A stretch of DNA of 64,000 bases from an uncultured bacterium (lineage in GTDB: Bacteria > Edwardsbacteria > AC1 > EtOH8): the NCBI GenBank assembly GCA_963780225.1, contig CAWAAX010000011.1, forward strand, positions 64,001-128,000, written 5' to 3'. Shown piece after piece: positions 1 through 9,868 of this stretch (positions are counted from its first letter, which is position 1; the number at the start of each line of letters is the position of its first letter). The notes under the pieces were generated by a model, which saw only the letters and a program-made list of their open reading frames with translations, had not been told where the DNA came from and did no database searches. Made by a program: the position numbers and the translations under genes.

Positions 1-1
1 A

Positions 2-1105
2 GCACCCGGCAAAGCCCTTGAATTAGCCGTCAAAGTAACCCCGGCCCAAGCCCGGCTGAAACCCGGTGCCGTAGAAAATTTTTCGGCTCAAGTCAGCTAT
101 CTTAACGGGGATCCGGCCACAGCCCCCGTTGTTTCCTGGCAAGTGGTGCCGGCCGGCCTGGGAACCATGGACCAAAACGGAAATTTTACTGCTTTGAATC
201 CAGGTACCGGGCGGGTAGTGGCCCTGGTCAAATCCGATATATCTAAAGGCCTGGGACAGGCCAAAATAACCGTGGGATCAAAACTGAGATATCAGAAGCT
301 GTTGGTAGAGATGAGCCCCCTTAAGGCAAACATTAAGCCCGGTGACAATGCTGTTTTTTTGGTTGCTGTCAGTGACCAGGACGGCAAACCGACAGCCGCC
401 AGGCTGGAGTACCAAGTAGAGCCTTCAACCTTAGGGAGCATAGACATATCCGGTAATTTCACGGCCGGTAAAAAACCAGGAATAGGGATGGTCACGGTAT
501 CGGCCAAGAACGAAAATGGGGCAGGAACGGCTAAATCTCTGGTGGTGGTGGAAGAAAAAATCCAGCGGTATACTATTAAGCTAAAACCGCGGCAGTCCTT
601 GTTGGAGCCGGGGCAGTCGCTTGAATTTACCACCGAAGCCTTTGACAACAACGGCAACCAGGTTATCCCCCCTTACTGGATATGGAAGGTGATTCCGGAA
701 AAACTGGGAGAGATTTCTCCCCAGGGTATTTTTACTGCCGGACATAAAGCAGGCCAGGGAAAAGTGGTGGCAACGCTTCCGCCCCAGTTCGGCCAGGGCC
801 AGTCATCTTCCTCCATCCGGATAAAACCAGGCCAGCCTCTGCGGGTTAAAATTGATCCTCCGGCCGCCATGTTACTGCCGGCCCAGGCTCAACAGTTCAC
901 CGCCACCGTATTTTCAGCCGAGGGCCAGCCCTTGCCAGATGTCAAAGTGGTATGGAAGGTATCACCTGAAGGAGTTGGGACTATAAACCAAAACGGAGTA
1001 TTCAGAGCTAGTGCCCAGTCGGATAAAAAGGGAATAGTGGTCGCCCTGGTGCCTCTCCAGCAGGGCGGTGGCCAAGGCATTGCCGAAATAAGCATATCCA
1101 AATAA
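2..1105 (+). CDS. Ig-like (Big_2-type) repeat surface protein, 5'-partial
   Basis: Frame is open back to base 2. Repeated ~90-aa units with 'W.V.P..LG.I...G.FTA...G.G.V'. Confidence 0.75.
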   Translation, partial: APGKALELAVKVTPAQARLKPGAVENFSAQVSYLNGDPATAPVVSWQVVPAGLGTMDQNGNFTALNPGTGRVVALVKSDISKGLGQAKITVGSKLRYQKLLVEMSPLKANIKPGDNAVFLVAVSDQDGKPTAARLEYQVEPSTLGSIDISGNFTAGKKPGIGMVTVSAKNENGAGTAKSLVVVEEKIQRYTIKLKPRQSLLEPGQSLEFTTEAFDNNGNQVIPPYWIWKVIPEKLGEISPQGIFTAGHKAGQGKVVATLPPQFGQGQSSSSIRIKPGQPLRVKIDPPAAMLLPAQAQQFTATVFSAEGQPLPDVKVVWKVSPEGVGTINQNGVFRASAQSDKKGIVVALVPLQQGGGQGIAEISISK

Positions 1106-1255
1106 AAACAACCCTAACCGGGCCAATTACGGGAAAGCCCAATAAAGTAAATTCTGTAATTGATCCATATGGTTCCCCGCCACACATCTCATACATATAT
1201 GTTAAATTGGGCAGATAGGATCAGATCACTATTGCGAATTGACATCATGACCGGC

Positions 1256-1286
1256 AAAAAACCCCGCCTTACGGCGGGGTTTTTTT
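1256..1286. terminator. bidirectional rho-independent terminator
   Basis: aaaaaaccccgcc-ttac-ggcggggttttttt between convergent genes. Confidence 0.85.
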
Positions 1287-1306
1287 ATGACGATAGTCTG
1301 AGAATT

Positions 1307-2482
1307 CTACCTTTTGGCCTTTGGTGCTGCCTTGGCCTTGAAAACTTTCTTGCGCATATTGAGCCTTTTGTGCTCTTCTTTTGGTTTTGGGGTCTCGTCT
1401 TTTTCGGCCGTTTTTTCTTCCTGTCTTTTAAATATATTCCGGTCATCCCGCTTCATCACAATTATCCCGTAGATGATGGTCTGGCCCACTACCGTGGCAG
1501 CCGCAGCATACGAAAGCACCAACAGCCGGACCAGGTTTAGTGACATCCCCATCAAAAAGGCCGAAATGTGCCCGGACCAGTTTAGGGCCGGAGTATTCAG
1601 AAGATACAGCCCTTGGTTAAATCCCCATCCCTGCAGGGCGCCCAGCATTACATTCAGCACCATCGGCGGAGTATAAAGATTGAAGGCGGCGGCGCCCAGG
1701 TCTAAAAATCTTTGCCCCATGAAGGCCCCCAGCAGTTTGTAGGAGATCATCACCGCATGGTGACTGAACAGGGCAAAGAGCCCGAAACCCAACAGCACCA
1801 CTAATTTCAACAAACCGCTGTAAACCACCAGCCTCCAGGGCTGGGAGGTCATGGCGGAGAATATCTCAAAAAGATTGTCAAAGGTGTCCCCCTTGGTCGC
1901 TCCGGCCACTATCGGGGAATAGAACAGGGCCGCCAACAGGGCCGCCAGCAGAAAGGTCAGAAACAGGCAGACCAGATAAATGGGAATGGCCAGGGCCGAA
2001 ACCGTCAGCTCGCCCAGATAGGGTATCCGGCCCCACAACCCCAGTACCAGTCCGCCCAAAACCAGAAAAGCAATAAATGTAACTATCACCAGCGGCGCGC
2101 CCAGCACCGCCTTCCAGCCTTGTTTTACAAACGTGACCGCTTCCTTGACCTCGTAAAATTCGTTGCCCGAGAGCTGTTCAGCGGTGATCCTGGCCACCAC
2201 AGACGAGGTCAGCATGTAGCTGATGCCCAGTCCGGCGGCACCCAGGAACCAGAGGGCCCAGGCCCCAAAACCAAAGTCCGACCAAGGCAGCGGCAGCAGC
2301 CCGAACATGGCCCAGGTATCGGCCAGGGAACGGCCGGCGGCGGCATGGGCCAGATAACTGAACATGTTATAGATTGCCAGACCCAACAGGAGGCCGCAGA
2401 AAAAAGTCCAGATCTTTTTGGGCGAAAAACCAAGCCGGGCCGCCCTAAACACGTCCTTAAAATTAAAATACATTTTAAGCAT
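1307..2482 (-). CDS. multi-pass membrane protein, unknown function
   Basis: 391-aa ORF with many hydrophobic segments, a Lys-rich tail and an AGGAGG RBS. Confidence 0.75.
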   Translation of the reverse strand: MLKMYFNFKDVFRAARLGFSPKKIWTFFCGLLLGLAIYNMFSYLAHAAAGRSLADTWAMFGLLPLPWSDFGFGAWALWFLGAAGLGISYMLTSSVVARITAEQLSGNEFYEVKEAVTFVKQGWKAVLGAPLVIVTFIAFLVLGGLVLGLWGRIPYLGELTVSALAIPIYLVCLFLTFLLAALLAALFYSPIVAGATKGDTFDNLFEIFSAMTSQPWRLVVYSGLLKLVVLLGFGLFALFSHHAVMISYKLLGAFMGQRFLDLGAAAFNLYTPPMVLNVMLGALQGWGFNQGLYLLNTPALNWSGHISAFLMGMSLNLVRLLVLSYAAAATVVGQTIIYGIIVMKRDDRNIFKRQEEKTAEKDETPKPKEEHKRLNMRKKVFKAKAAPKAKR

Positions 2483-2533
2483 GGGCTTTATTCCTCCTGT
2501 TTTTTGGGTTTGTATGATTCGCCGTAATGGTTT

Positions 2534-4138
2534 TTAACCCAGGTATTCCACCAGCATCTGGCAGATGTAGTCCTCAATCCGGCGGGCCAGCTTGGCCCGG
2601 TATATATTGTTGACCATGATGGAGAAGGCGAACATCTTTCCGTTCTTGGCGGTCAGGTAGCCGGACAAGGCCGAAACCCCGCCGATTGATCCGGTCTTGG
2701 CGTACACCCGGCCCGAGACCTTGGGGCCGGAAAGCCGGCTGGTCAGTGTCCCGTCAATTCCCCCGATGGCCAGGGAATTGTAAAAATCCTCCCAGTAGGG
2801 CTGGTTAGACATGAACTTCAGCAGATTCACCACCTGCTGGGGGGAGACCGTGTTCAGCCGGGAGAGTCCGCAGCCGTCATAAAGATCTATTGTTCCCAAA
2901 CCCATCTGCGCAGTGATGGCCCGCTCGGAGAGCGAACCCTGCTGGCGGCTTCCTTCGCCCCCCATCTCGGAGCCTATGGTGTTGAGCAGGGCCTCGGCAT
3001 ATAGATTGTGGCTGTTCTTGTTGATGATCTTGATGATCTCGGAAAGCGGAGGCGAATAATTGGCGTAGATCAGTTCCGCCTGCTGCTTCAGGGCTAACGG
3101 CTTGTCGGTCAGGGCCAGTCCCTGGCCCGAGATCGTGATCCCCTTGTCCTGCAGCACCGCAGCAAACACCCGGGCAAAGTGACCTTGGGGATCCTTGGCC
3201 ACGAATAAGAATCTTTTGCTGGAACCTTGGGCCAGGGTTCCGGTTATCTTCAAAGCTACCCCGTCAAAACTTGCATAGGCCTTGCCTACATTGTAGACCT
3301 TGCGCGTCTTAGTAACCAGCTTGCCGCTCTTGTCCTTAACCTGACGGGTGACGGTACTGCTGCTGCCTTTGATGGTCCGGCTGAGGTTCTTTACCCTAAC
3401 GATCATGGGGGGATCGGTGGAAACCCTTAATGGCTTGCCCAGTTGCCCCCCAGAAATGGTGACCGCCACCAGGTTATCGCGATAAGAAAGCCCGGAAATC
3501 TGCCAAGCCATCCGTTTTTTGGATTTTACCATCTTATTGGTGGCCCGGGGCACCATGGAAACGATCTTCTCAGGAATGAAATTCCCCTCATCGCCGATGA
3601 TATCCCCATCTACTGCCGTGATCCCCTGGGATTTTATGCTATCGGCCCATTCCTCCAGCAGGGCCAGCTCGCTGATAGTGGGATCCCCTGACCCCTTGAT
3701 GATCAGGTCCCCGTGCAGCACCCCAAAGGAATCTATCTCACCCAAAGCAAAGATCTCGGTCTGGTAGGAATAATTGGGACCCAGCTGTTCCAGGGCCGCT
3801 GCGGTGGTGAATAATTTGGCGTTGGAAGCCGGAATGAACTTGCCTTGGGAATTATGCTGGTAGATGATGTCCCCGCTTTCCAGGTCCATCACCGCTATGC
3901 CCCACCGGCCCAGCCGGGGCAGTTTCTGGTCGAACAACTTGTCCAGGTCGTCCTGGATGTCTCCGGTAGGCTTGGGCATGTAAACCACCGACTGCCGCCG
4001 TTTGGTGGTTTTGGCGGCCTTGGTTTTTTTTGCGGTGGCCGCCTCCCCGGAGGAAAAAAGCAACGCCCCGCCCAAAATAATGGCCAAGGTTGACAGTATT
4101 ATTTTATTCAGGCGAAGCGTCAATTTTTTAATTATCAT
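2534..4138 (-). CDS. dacB: D-alanyl-D-alanine carboxypeptidase/endopeptidase (PBP4)
   Basis: PASNAK (SxxK), SHN (SxN), KTG and GSGDPT motifs. Start set at MIIKK. Confidence 0.9.
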   Translation of the reverse strand: MIIKKLTLRLNKIILSTLAIILGGALLFSSGEAATAKKTKAAKTTKRRQSVVYMPKPTGDIQDDLDKLFDQKLPRLGRWGIAVMDLESGDIIYQHNSQGKFIPASNAKLFTTAAALEQLGPNYSYQTEIFALGEIDSFGVLHGDLIIKGSGDPTISELALLEEWADSIKSQGITAVDGDIIGDEGNFIPEKIVSMVPRATNKMVKSKKRMAWQISGLSYRDNLVAVTISGGQLGKPLRVSTDPPMIVRVKNLSRTIKGSSSTVTRQVKDKSGKLVTKTRKVYNVGKAYASFDGVALKITGTLAQGSSKRFLFVAKDPQGHFARVFAAVLQDKGITISGQGLALTDKPLALKQQAELIYANYSPPLSEIIKIINKNSHNLYAEALLNTIGSEMGGEGSRQQGSLSERAITAQMGLGTIDLYDGCGLSRLNTVSPQQVVNLLKFMSNQPYWEDFYNSLAIGGIDGTLTSRLSGPKVSGRVYAKTGSIGGVSALSGYLTAKNGKMFAFSIMVNNIYRAKLARRIEDYICQMLVEYLG

Positions 4139-4140
4139 TT

Positions 4141-4635
4141 TTATCGATTGTTTCCCAAAAACAGGTAGGGCCGCCACCGCTGATCCGGCAACCCCAGATG
4201 ATATTGGATGAAGGTTATATAATGAGGATTTTTAGGGCGGCGCAACAGGTTCATTTTCACCTGAACCAGGCTGCGGTCACCCTTTTTGTTGTTGCAGGCC
4301 ACACAGGCACAGACCAGGTTCTCCCAACTGTCCTCCCCGCCCTGACTTTTGGGGATGACGTGATCGGCGGTCATAGAACCCTGGGTGGTGCCACAATACT
4401 GGCAGGTTCGGTTGTCGCGGCGGACGATGTTCTGTTTGCTCAGCCGGACGTTCTGGCGGGGCCGCTTAATATAACAGTTAAGCCGGACCACGCTGGGCAC
4501 CGTGAATTTCTGGCGCAGGCTTCGTACCAGATGCTCGCTTTGCTCTACTACTTCTGCTTTCTGTCGATACAGCATCAGAAGAGCCCGGCGGGCATTGCAA
4601 ACCGAGAGTGGTTCATAATTCTGGTTCAACACCAG
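4141..4635 (-). CDS. HNH endonuclease
   Basis: VLNQNYEPL, RDNRTCQYCG, DHVIP...SWENLVCAC..CN. Start codon uncertain. Confidence 0.9.
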   Translation of the reverse strand: MVLNQNYEPLSVCNARRALLMLYRQKAEVVEQSEHLVRSLRQKFTVPSVVRLNCYIKRPRQNVRLSKQNIVRRDNRTCQYCGTTQGSMTADHVIPKSQGGEDSWENLVCACVACNNKKGDRSLVQVKMNLLRRPKNPHYITFIQYHLGLPDQRWRPYLFLGNNR

Positions 4636-4664
4636 TACCTGCCGGTTAAGGCCGTTATGTAAGG

Positions 4665-5111
4665 CTACTGTTGCTGAGTTCCGCCCTCCTTATGTACAAA
4701 GAGTATTCTATGGGTATAGGTATTGAAGGGAAAGTATATCTCCACAGTATAGCTAATCTCTATCACCAGTCCCTGGGGAGTGCGGGTCATGTGATCCAAA
4801 AAATACTGCCTGGCCATTCCCTGATATTCTTTCACCTGTTCCGGGCTCTCGGGCTCATAAATATACTTTTTCCCGTCCTCCCCGACCACCTGGTAAAAAT
4901 AATCACCGCAGATCGGAATTTTGTCCAGAATGGCATTTTCGGACAGTTTGTCTGCTATGTTGTAGTCCGCTTCCGCATTGGCGGCCAGCACTGCTTCCTC
5001 CATCTTTCCCTTGATGTCGGCAAAGCGGATGTAGGGTAACACTATTTTAATGGACATATACAGGGCAAAACCCAGCAAAATCCATAATATCCATTTGACT
5101 ATTCTCGGCAT
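4665..5111 (-). CDS. membrane-anchored hypothetical protein (DUF4845-like)
   Basis: N-terminal TM segment followed by 'PY....'; GGAGGA RBS before ATG 5111. Confidence 0.6.
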   Translation of the reverse strand: MPRIVKWILWILLGFALYMSIKIVLPYIRFADIKGKMEEAVLAANAEADYNIADKLSENAILDKIPICGDYFYQVVGEDGKKYIYEPESPEQVKEYQGMARQYFLDHMTRTPQGLVIEISYTVEIYFPFNTYTHRILFVHKEGGTQQQ

Positions 5112-5288
5112 TGGCTCCTCCGGATAAAAAGATGAGCACAAGCGTTGATACTTGTGCCCTGGATGTCTAAATATCTTACGCTTGTTGAATTGAATTGTTG
5201 ACCGGTTTTTGTAAAACCGACAAGCGTGGTTATGGCCCCGGGTTAAATCTGGTTTGCCTGCCGAAGTCCCCTAAATGCGGGCGAAGCC

Positions 5289-5308
5289 TGGTGGACCTGA
5301 GGGGAATC
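5289..5308 (-). repeat. 20-bp duplicate of the tRNA-Ala 3' end
   Basis: tggtggacctgaggggaatc is identical to 5401-5420. Confidence 0.9.
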
Positions 5309-5400
5309 TGCGCCTCCGGCGCATCCGCCGTCGCTTTGCTGCCCTCTACGGCTGCCGGCGGAGAACCCTGCAGCTTAGCTGCCCGGGGTTCTTATAAATA

Positions 5401-5478
5401 TGGTGGACCTGAGGGGAATCGAACCCCTGACCTCCTGACTGCCAGTCAGGCGCGCTACCAAAACTGCGCTACAGGCCC
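5401..5478 (-). tRNA. tRNA-Ala(GGC)
   Basis: Reverse complement folds as a cloverleaf: GGGCCTG acceptor, anticodon loop CTGGCAG, GGTTCGATT T-loop, encoded CCA. Confidence 0.95.
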
Positions 5479-5560
5479 GGATAAAATTAAACAGAATATA
5501 AGTTTACCAAAAAAACAGGCTTAAGTCAAGATGTAAATGCAGGATATGAGCATTTGGACT

Positions 5561-6496
5561 TTAAACCGCCAGCATCCGGTCCAATGCCTCTTTGGCCTTC
5601 CCTGCCGTTTTCTCCGGCAGGATGATCTCATTTTCCTCATGCTCCAAGGCCCAGGCCACCTTGGCCAGCGTGGTCATTTTCATATTGCGGCAGACCGCAT
5701 GGCGGGCCAGCGGATATATCCCTTTGCCGGGGTGGCTTTGACTTAACTGGTCCACCAGTCCCATCTCGGTCCCGATTATCCACTCGCTGACACCGCTTTG
5801 TTCCCCGACCGCCTTGACCATCCCCGAAGTTGAGGCCGCTTCGTCGGCCATCGCCACCACCTCCGGCCGGCACTCGGGATGCACTATCAGCCGGGCGCCG
5901 GGATGCTCCTCCCGGGCGGCCTTCACGTCCTCAACCGTGAAACTGTTGTGGACATGGCAGAACCCCGGCCACAGGATCAGTTCCCGGCCCGATATTCGCG
6001 CGGCATAAGAACCAAGGTTCCTGTCCGGCACGAACAGTATCTGCCGGTCGCGGGGCAGGGAATTCACCACTTTCACCGCATTGGAGGAAGTGCAGCAGAT
6101 GTGGCTCTGGGCCTTCACCGCCGCCGAGCTGTTGACATAGGCCACCACCAGCGGATCGTCATATTGTTTTTTGGCTGCGGCCAGGGACTCGGCCGTGATC
6201 ATGTCGGCCATGGGGCAGCCGGCGTCCCGGTCGGGCATGATGACCTTTTTTAGCGGGTTCAGTATCTTGGCGCTTTCGGCCATGAAGTGCACCCCGCAAA
6301 AGACAATGATCCTGGCCTGGACCCGGACCGCGGCCTGGGCCAGGGCCAGGGAGTCGCCCAGAAAATCGGCGATCTTCTGCACTTCCAGGGTCTGGTAATT
6401 ATGAACCAGAAAGACCGCATCCTTTTGCCGCTTCAGGCCGGATATGATGCCGTAAAGTTTTTCGTTCGGGAGTTTTTGGTATTCGGCCAGCGTCAT
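5561..6496 (-). CDS. nadA: quinolinate synthase
   Basis: HNYQ, GDSL.LA, FCGVHFMAE, AGCPMAD, HPEC, C.NMK motifs. Confidence 0.97.
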   Translation of the reverse strand: MTLAEYQKLPNEKLYGIISGLKRQKDAVFLVHNYQTLEVQKIADFLGDSLALAQAAVRVQARIIVFCGVHFMAESAKILNPLKKVIMPDRDAGCPMADMITAESLAAAKKQYDDPLVVAYVNSSAAVKAQSHICCTSSNAVKVVNSLPRDRQILFVPDRNLGSYAARISGRELILWPGFCHVHNSFTVEDVKAAREEHPGARLIVHPECRPEVVAMADEAASTSGMVKAVGEQSGVSEWIIGTEMGLVDQLSQSHPGKGIYPLARHAVCRNMKMTTLAKVAWALEHEENEIILPEKTAGKAKEALDRMLAV

Positions 6497-7563
6497 TTTC
6501 GTTTAACTCCATCCAGCACTGATTGGTTGAATCTTTGTTTCTGGTCTTCATCCATGAACTCTATCTCCACCGGTAATACCAACAACGGCTTTCCGAAATC
6601 GATGCCTGGCGGAAGTTTTACCGCGTCCTTTTCGGTGGTTAGAAGAAAATCGCAACCCTGGGCCTTCCCGGCGATCTGCGCTAAGTTGTCCCGGGTATAA
6701 TGATGATGGTCGGGATATTTTATGTGGGAGGCAAATGCAAGCCCGGCCTGCCTGACGCTTTGTTCAAAGGACTCCGGCCGGGCGACGCCGGAGAACAAAA
6801 TGATCCTGCCCTTCTTCAGCTTTTCCATGTCCGCCGGCAGCCTGTCAGCAAACCCGTACGGCAGTCCGGCTTTATGCCGGGTCTTAAACATCGCGGCCCC
6901 TGAATTCTGTATTCTGTATTCGGTATTCAGGTTTTTGTACCTGGTCAGCACAATGGCCCCCGCCCGGCGCAGCGCTCCGACCGGCTCCCGCAGCATCCCG
7001 GCCGGCAGCAGCCAGCCGTTGTCATAAGGCCTCTGGCTGTCCAGCAGGACGATGTCCAGATCGCGCTTCAACCGCAGGTTCTGGAACCCGTCATCAAGCA
7101 CGATGACCTGAGCGCCCAGCGCCACGGCCTTCTCCGCTCCGGCCACCCGGTTCTGGCCGACAATGACCATCGCGCCTGGCCGCTCCTTCGTTCCCAGCAG
7201 ACGGGATGCGATCAGGTACGGCTCATCTCCGGCCTCGACTACGGGACACAGCACATTAAGCCCATCGCTGACAACCAGCGATTTTGATATTTGATCTTTT
7301 GTTTTTGATTTTCTTCTGTATCCCCGCGAAAGCACCGCCGTTCTAAAGCCGTTGGTCATCAGTGTCTGCGCCACGTAAATAGCCATCGGCGTCTTTCCGG
7401 TGCCGCCGGCAACGATGTTGCCGATGGAGATGACCGGAACCGCAGCCTTGTGGCTCCTGAACAAACCCGTCTTATAGGCGCCCGCCCTCAGCTCAATGAT
7501 CAACCCGTAAAGCAGGGAGACAGGCCAAAGGAAAGCGATCTTTATGATATCTGAATAATTCAT
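6493..7563 (-). CDS. lpxK: tetraacyldisaccharide 4'-kinase
   Basis: GNIVAGGTGKTP, LSRGY, GDEP, LDDGFQ, LPAGMLRE, PDHH, TTEKDAVK. Confidence 0.95.
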   Translation of the reverse strand: MNYSDIIKIAFLWPVSLLYGLIIELRAGAYKTGLFRSHKAAVPVISIGNIVAGGTGKTPMAIYVAQTLMTNGFRTAVLSRGYRRKSKTKDQISKSLVVSDGLNVLCPVVEAGDEPYLIASRLLGTKERPGAMVIVGQNRVAGAEKAVALGAQVIVLDDGFQNLRLKRDLDIVLLDSQRPYDNGWLLPAGMLREPVGALRRAGAIVLTRYKNLNTEYRIQNSGAAMFKTRHKAGLPYGFADRLPADMEKLKKGRIILFSGVARPESFEQSVRQAGLAFASHIKYPDHHHYTRDNLAQIAGKAQGCDFLLTTEKDAVKLPPGIDFGKPLLVLPVEIEFMDEDQKQRFNQSVLDGVKRK

Positions 7564-7671
7564 TGCACTATTAGGATAACCCAAACTGCCGGAAAAAACA
7601 AGCAAAATTTACGCATATTTTGTTTGACTTTGGCATGATTTAGACTTATCATTAAATGTTCATAACTATAT

Positions 7672-7815
7672 AGCCACAAAGACTCTAAGACACTACTTAC
7701 CTAAAACGTTTTTTCATCCTTAATTAGAGTCCTTTTACCTTGTCAATAACGACAAGGTGCTTGCCGAAGAATTTGAAATGGCTATGTTCTTTTGTGCCTT
7801 GGTGCCTTAGTGGCT
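7672..7815. mobile_element. MITE-like element, GCCACNAAGACAC family (copy 1)
   Basis: Ends agccacaaagactctaagacac and gtgccttggtgccttagtggct are shared with three other copies in the window. Confidence 0.65.
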
Positions 7816-7834
7816 GAATATTTACAATCGTTGT

Positions 7835-8584
7835 ATGCTTAAAACAATCGCCGACTTACATACCCATACCGTTTTTTCAGACGGCCGGCTTTCTCCCCGG
7901 GAGGTCTTGCAGATCGCTTCGGACAAGGGATACCGGGTGGGCCTGGCCGACCACTGCGGCCCGGGAAACTTCCAACTGGACAGCCAAGACCGGTTTGAAA
8001 GATACCTTACTGCCATTCAGGACCTTCCAGTCTACCGGGCGGTGGAACTGGACCTGGGGCGGGAGATTCCTGTTTCTCCGGAGGAGTTGAAGCGCTGCCA
8101 TTATCTGATCGGCGGGGTTCACTCGGCCGGGCCGATGGATTTCTTTGACCCCCATATCACCAAAGTGGACCTGGCCCGGCTGCTGGAGGAGATGCTGGAA
8201 ATAATCAAGTGCCAGTCCCAAAGATATTCTTTTGACATTCTGGCCCATCCCGGCCTTTTGCCCTGCAATTTCAGGGAGCAAAAGGACGCCATAACTGACG
8301 GCTGGCGGATAAAATTGGTGGAGCTGGCCCTGAAATGCAATTTGGCCATCGAACTCAGCTCCCGGTGGTTAGTGCCGGACTTTAAGCTGGCTGCGATGGC
8401 CAAAGAGGCCGGATTGAAGTTTTCCCTGGGTTCGGACGGGCACGGCGCGGACAAAATGTGCCGGCTGGACTATTCGCTGGAACTATCCGGGAAACTAGGA
8501 CTGACGGACCGGGACCTTTTCTGGCCCTTGAACGGTGCTATTCCGTGGCAAAAGAATCCTGGATCCGATCATCCATCACCCTGA
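7835..8584 (+). CDS. PHP-domain phosphoesterase
   Basis: DLHTHT..SDG, DH, AHP, GSDGH motifs. Confidence 0.9.
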   Translation: MLKTIADLHTHTVFSDGRLSPREVLQIASDKGYRVGLADHCGPGNFQLDSQDRFERYLTAIQDLPVYRAVELDLGREIPVSPEELKRCHYLIGGVHSAGPMDFFDPHITKVDLARLLEEMLEIIKCQSQRYSFDILAHPGLLPCNFREQKDAITDGWRIKLVELALKCNLAIELSSRWLVPDFKLAAMAKEAGLKFSLGSDGHGADKMCRLDYSLELSGKLGLTDRDLFWPLNGAIPWQKNPGSDHPSP

Positions 8585-9002
8585 TTCGGGCCGAAAGGAT
8601 CCGGGACATGGCCAGCATCATCTTGGCCGCAATCTTGGGCTCCTTATCCATCAGATAGGCGATGTGCTTGCGGGTCAGAATATATAGCCCAGTGTTCTCC
8701 ACCGCATTGACATTGGCCGAACGGGGAGCCTTGTCCAGCAGGGACATTTCTCCGAAGAATTTTCCCGGCCCCAGCTCGGCCAGCACCACGTCACCCTGAT
8801 CGGTGGGCAGGCTGATCTGGACCTTGCCGCTCTTGATCAGGTACATGCTGTCTCCGGGGGCGTCCTTCTGGCAGATGATGGCTCCGGGCAGGAAGTCCTC
8901 GGCCTCGGTGGAAAAAAGCTGGGTCAGGCGCATCGTCTCATCTTCGCTCAGTTCCTGAAACAACAGAAAATCCCTGAGATTATTAATGGAGTTCATTTCC
9001 AT
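8538..9002 (-). CDS. stand-alone cyclic nucleotide-binding domain protein
   Basis: FFGEMSLL...PRSANV.A signature. Confidence 0.92.
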   Translation of the reverse strand: MEMNSINNLRDFLLFQELSEDETMRLTQLFSTEAEDFLPGAIICQKDAPGDSMYLIKSGKVQISLPTDQGDVVLAELGPGKFFGEMSLLDKAPRSANVNAVENTGLYILTRKHIAYLMDKEPKIAAKMMLAMSRILSARIRVMDDRIQDSFATE

Positions 9003-9256
9003 TCCTGTTTTATGAAGTAATGGGAGCTTTTGACTTTTAGAATGCTGCCCCCAAGGAATTTGCCGAGATGTCCCAGATTATTGAAGCCCTGATTAATAAC
9101 CGCCTTTTTCTCTTCGCGTCTCTCTTCCCGGTATCACTCCCGGGATATTGGTGCCCCGGCTGAAGGTGGCATAGAGGAGCTTCATTCCACCGATAAATAA
9201 AAATCTCTATTCCTGTCAAACCGATACGCTAACTTCCAAATATTTATTTAAAAGCC

Positions 9257-9592
9257 ATGAACAAACATCAAGAAGATCCATTGTCTCCGGAACCCTCGAC
9301 CAAGATCGCCAGCTCCAGTTACCGGCATTACTTGGGAATGGTCAAGATTCTGGAAAGGCTACACCGACAGCGTGACTTGGAATTCGGGCCCAGGCTGATG
9401 AACAAGATCATAGACGCCCGGCAAGATAGCCGGATCAGCGACGAGCAGACCATAGAGCTGACCGACCGGATTCACGTCTGGTGTCAGAAGCTGGAGGATC
9501 ATTTTGCCAGCCAGGAATATCAGATGAAAAAACTGATGCTGGCTATGGAACAAGAAGATCGCCGCAACGGGGAAAAAACGCCCACCCTATAA
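9257..9592 (+). CDS. hypothetical helical protein
   Basis: 111-aa ATG ORF with host-like codon usage; no family recognised. Confidence 0.6.
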   Translation: MNKHQEDPLSPEPSTKIASSSYRHYLGMVKILERLHRQRDLEFGPRLMNKIIDARQDSRISDEQTIELTDRIHVWCQKLEDHFASQEYQMKKLMLAMEQEDRRNGEKTPTL

Positions 9593-9868
9593 CGGATTTT
9601 GTTATTGCGCGCGCCAAATTGGATGTAAGATACCAGGGGACTGAATCAAGTGGGAAAATTGTAAGTTCATCAAGCGTTGCCCGGTATCATTTTGTTCGGG
9701 CAGTTACGATCCTCTTCGGGCCTGTCTGACGACTCTTGAAAGACTATAGGCCATGGGCCGCCTGAAAGAGAAAAATTAATCTGGGTAGAAGCGGGGCCTG
9801 AATTCCGGGGAGGTAGCGGACGTTCACCATGGAATCCCTGGTAAGAATATTAAGGTTAGATTTTGTTT

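Noticed and set aside
5195..5524. 109-aa ORF
   Set aside because: Overlaps the tRNA and its duplicate
9631..9843. Retron msr-msd or SAM riboswitch
   Set aside because: No reverse transcriptase nearby. The tcaagag...gacaggcccga resemblance to SAM-I is partial and not upstream of a suitable gene.
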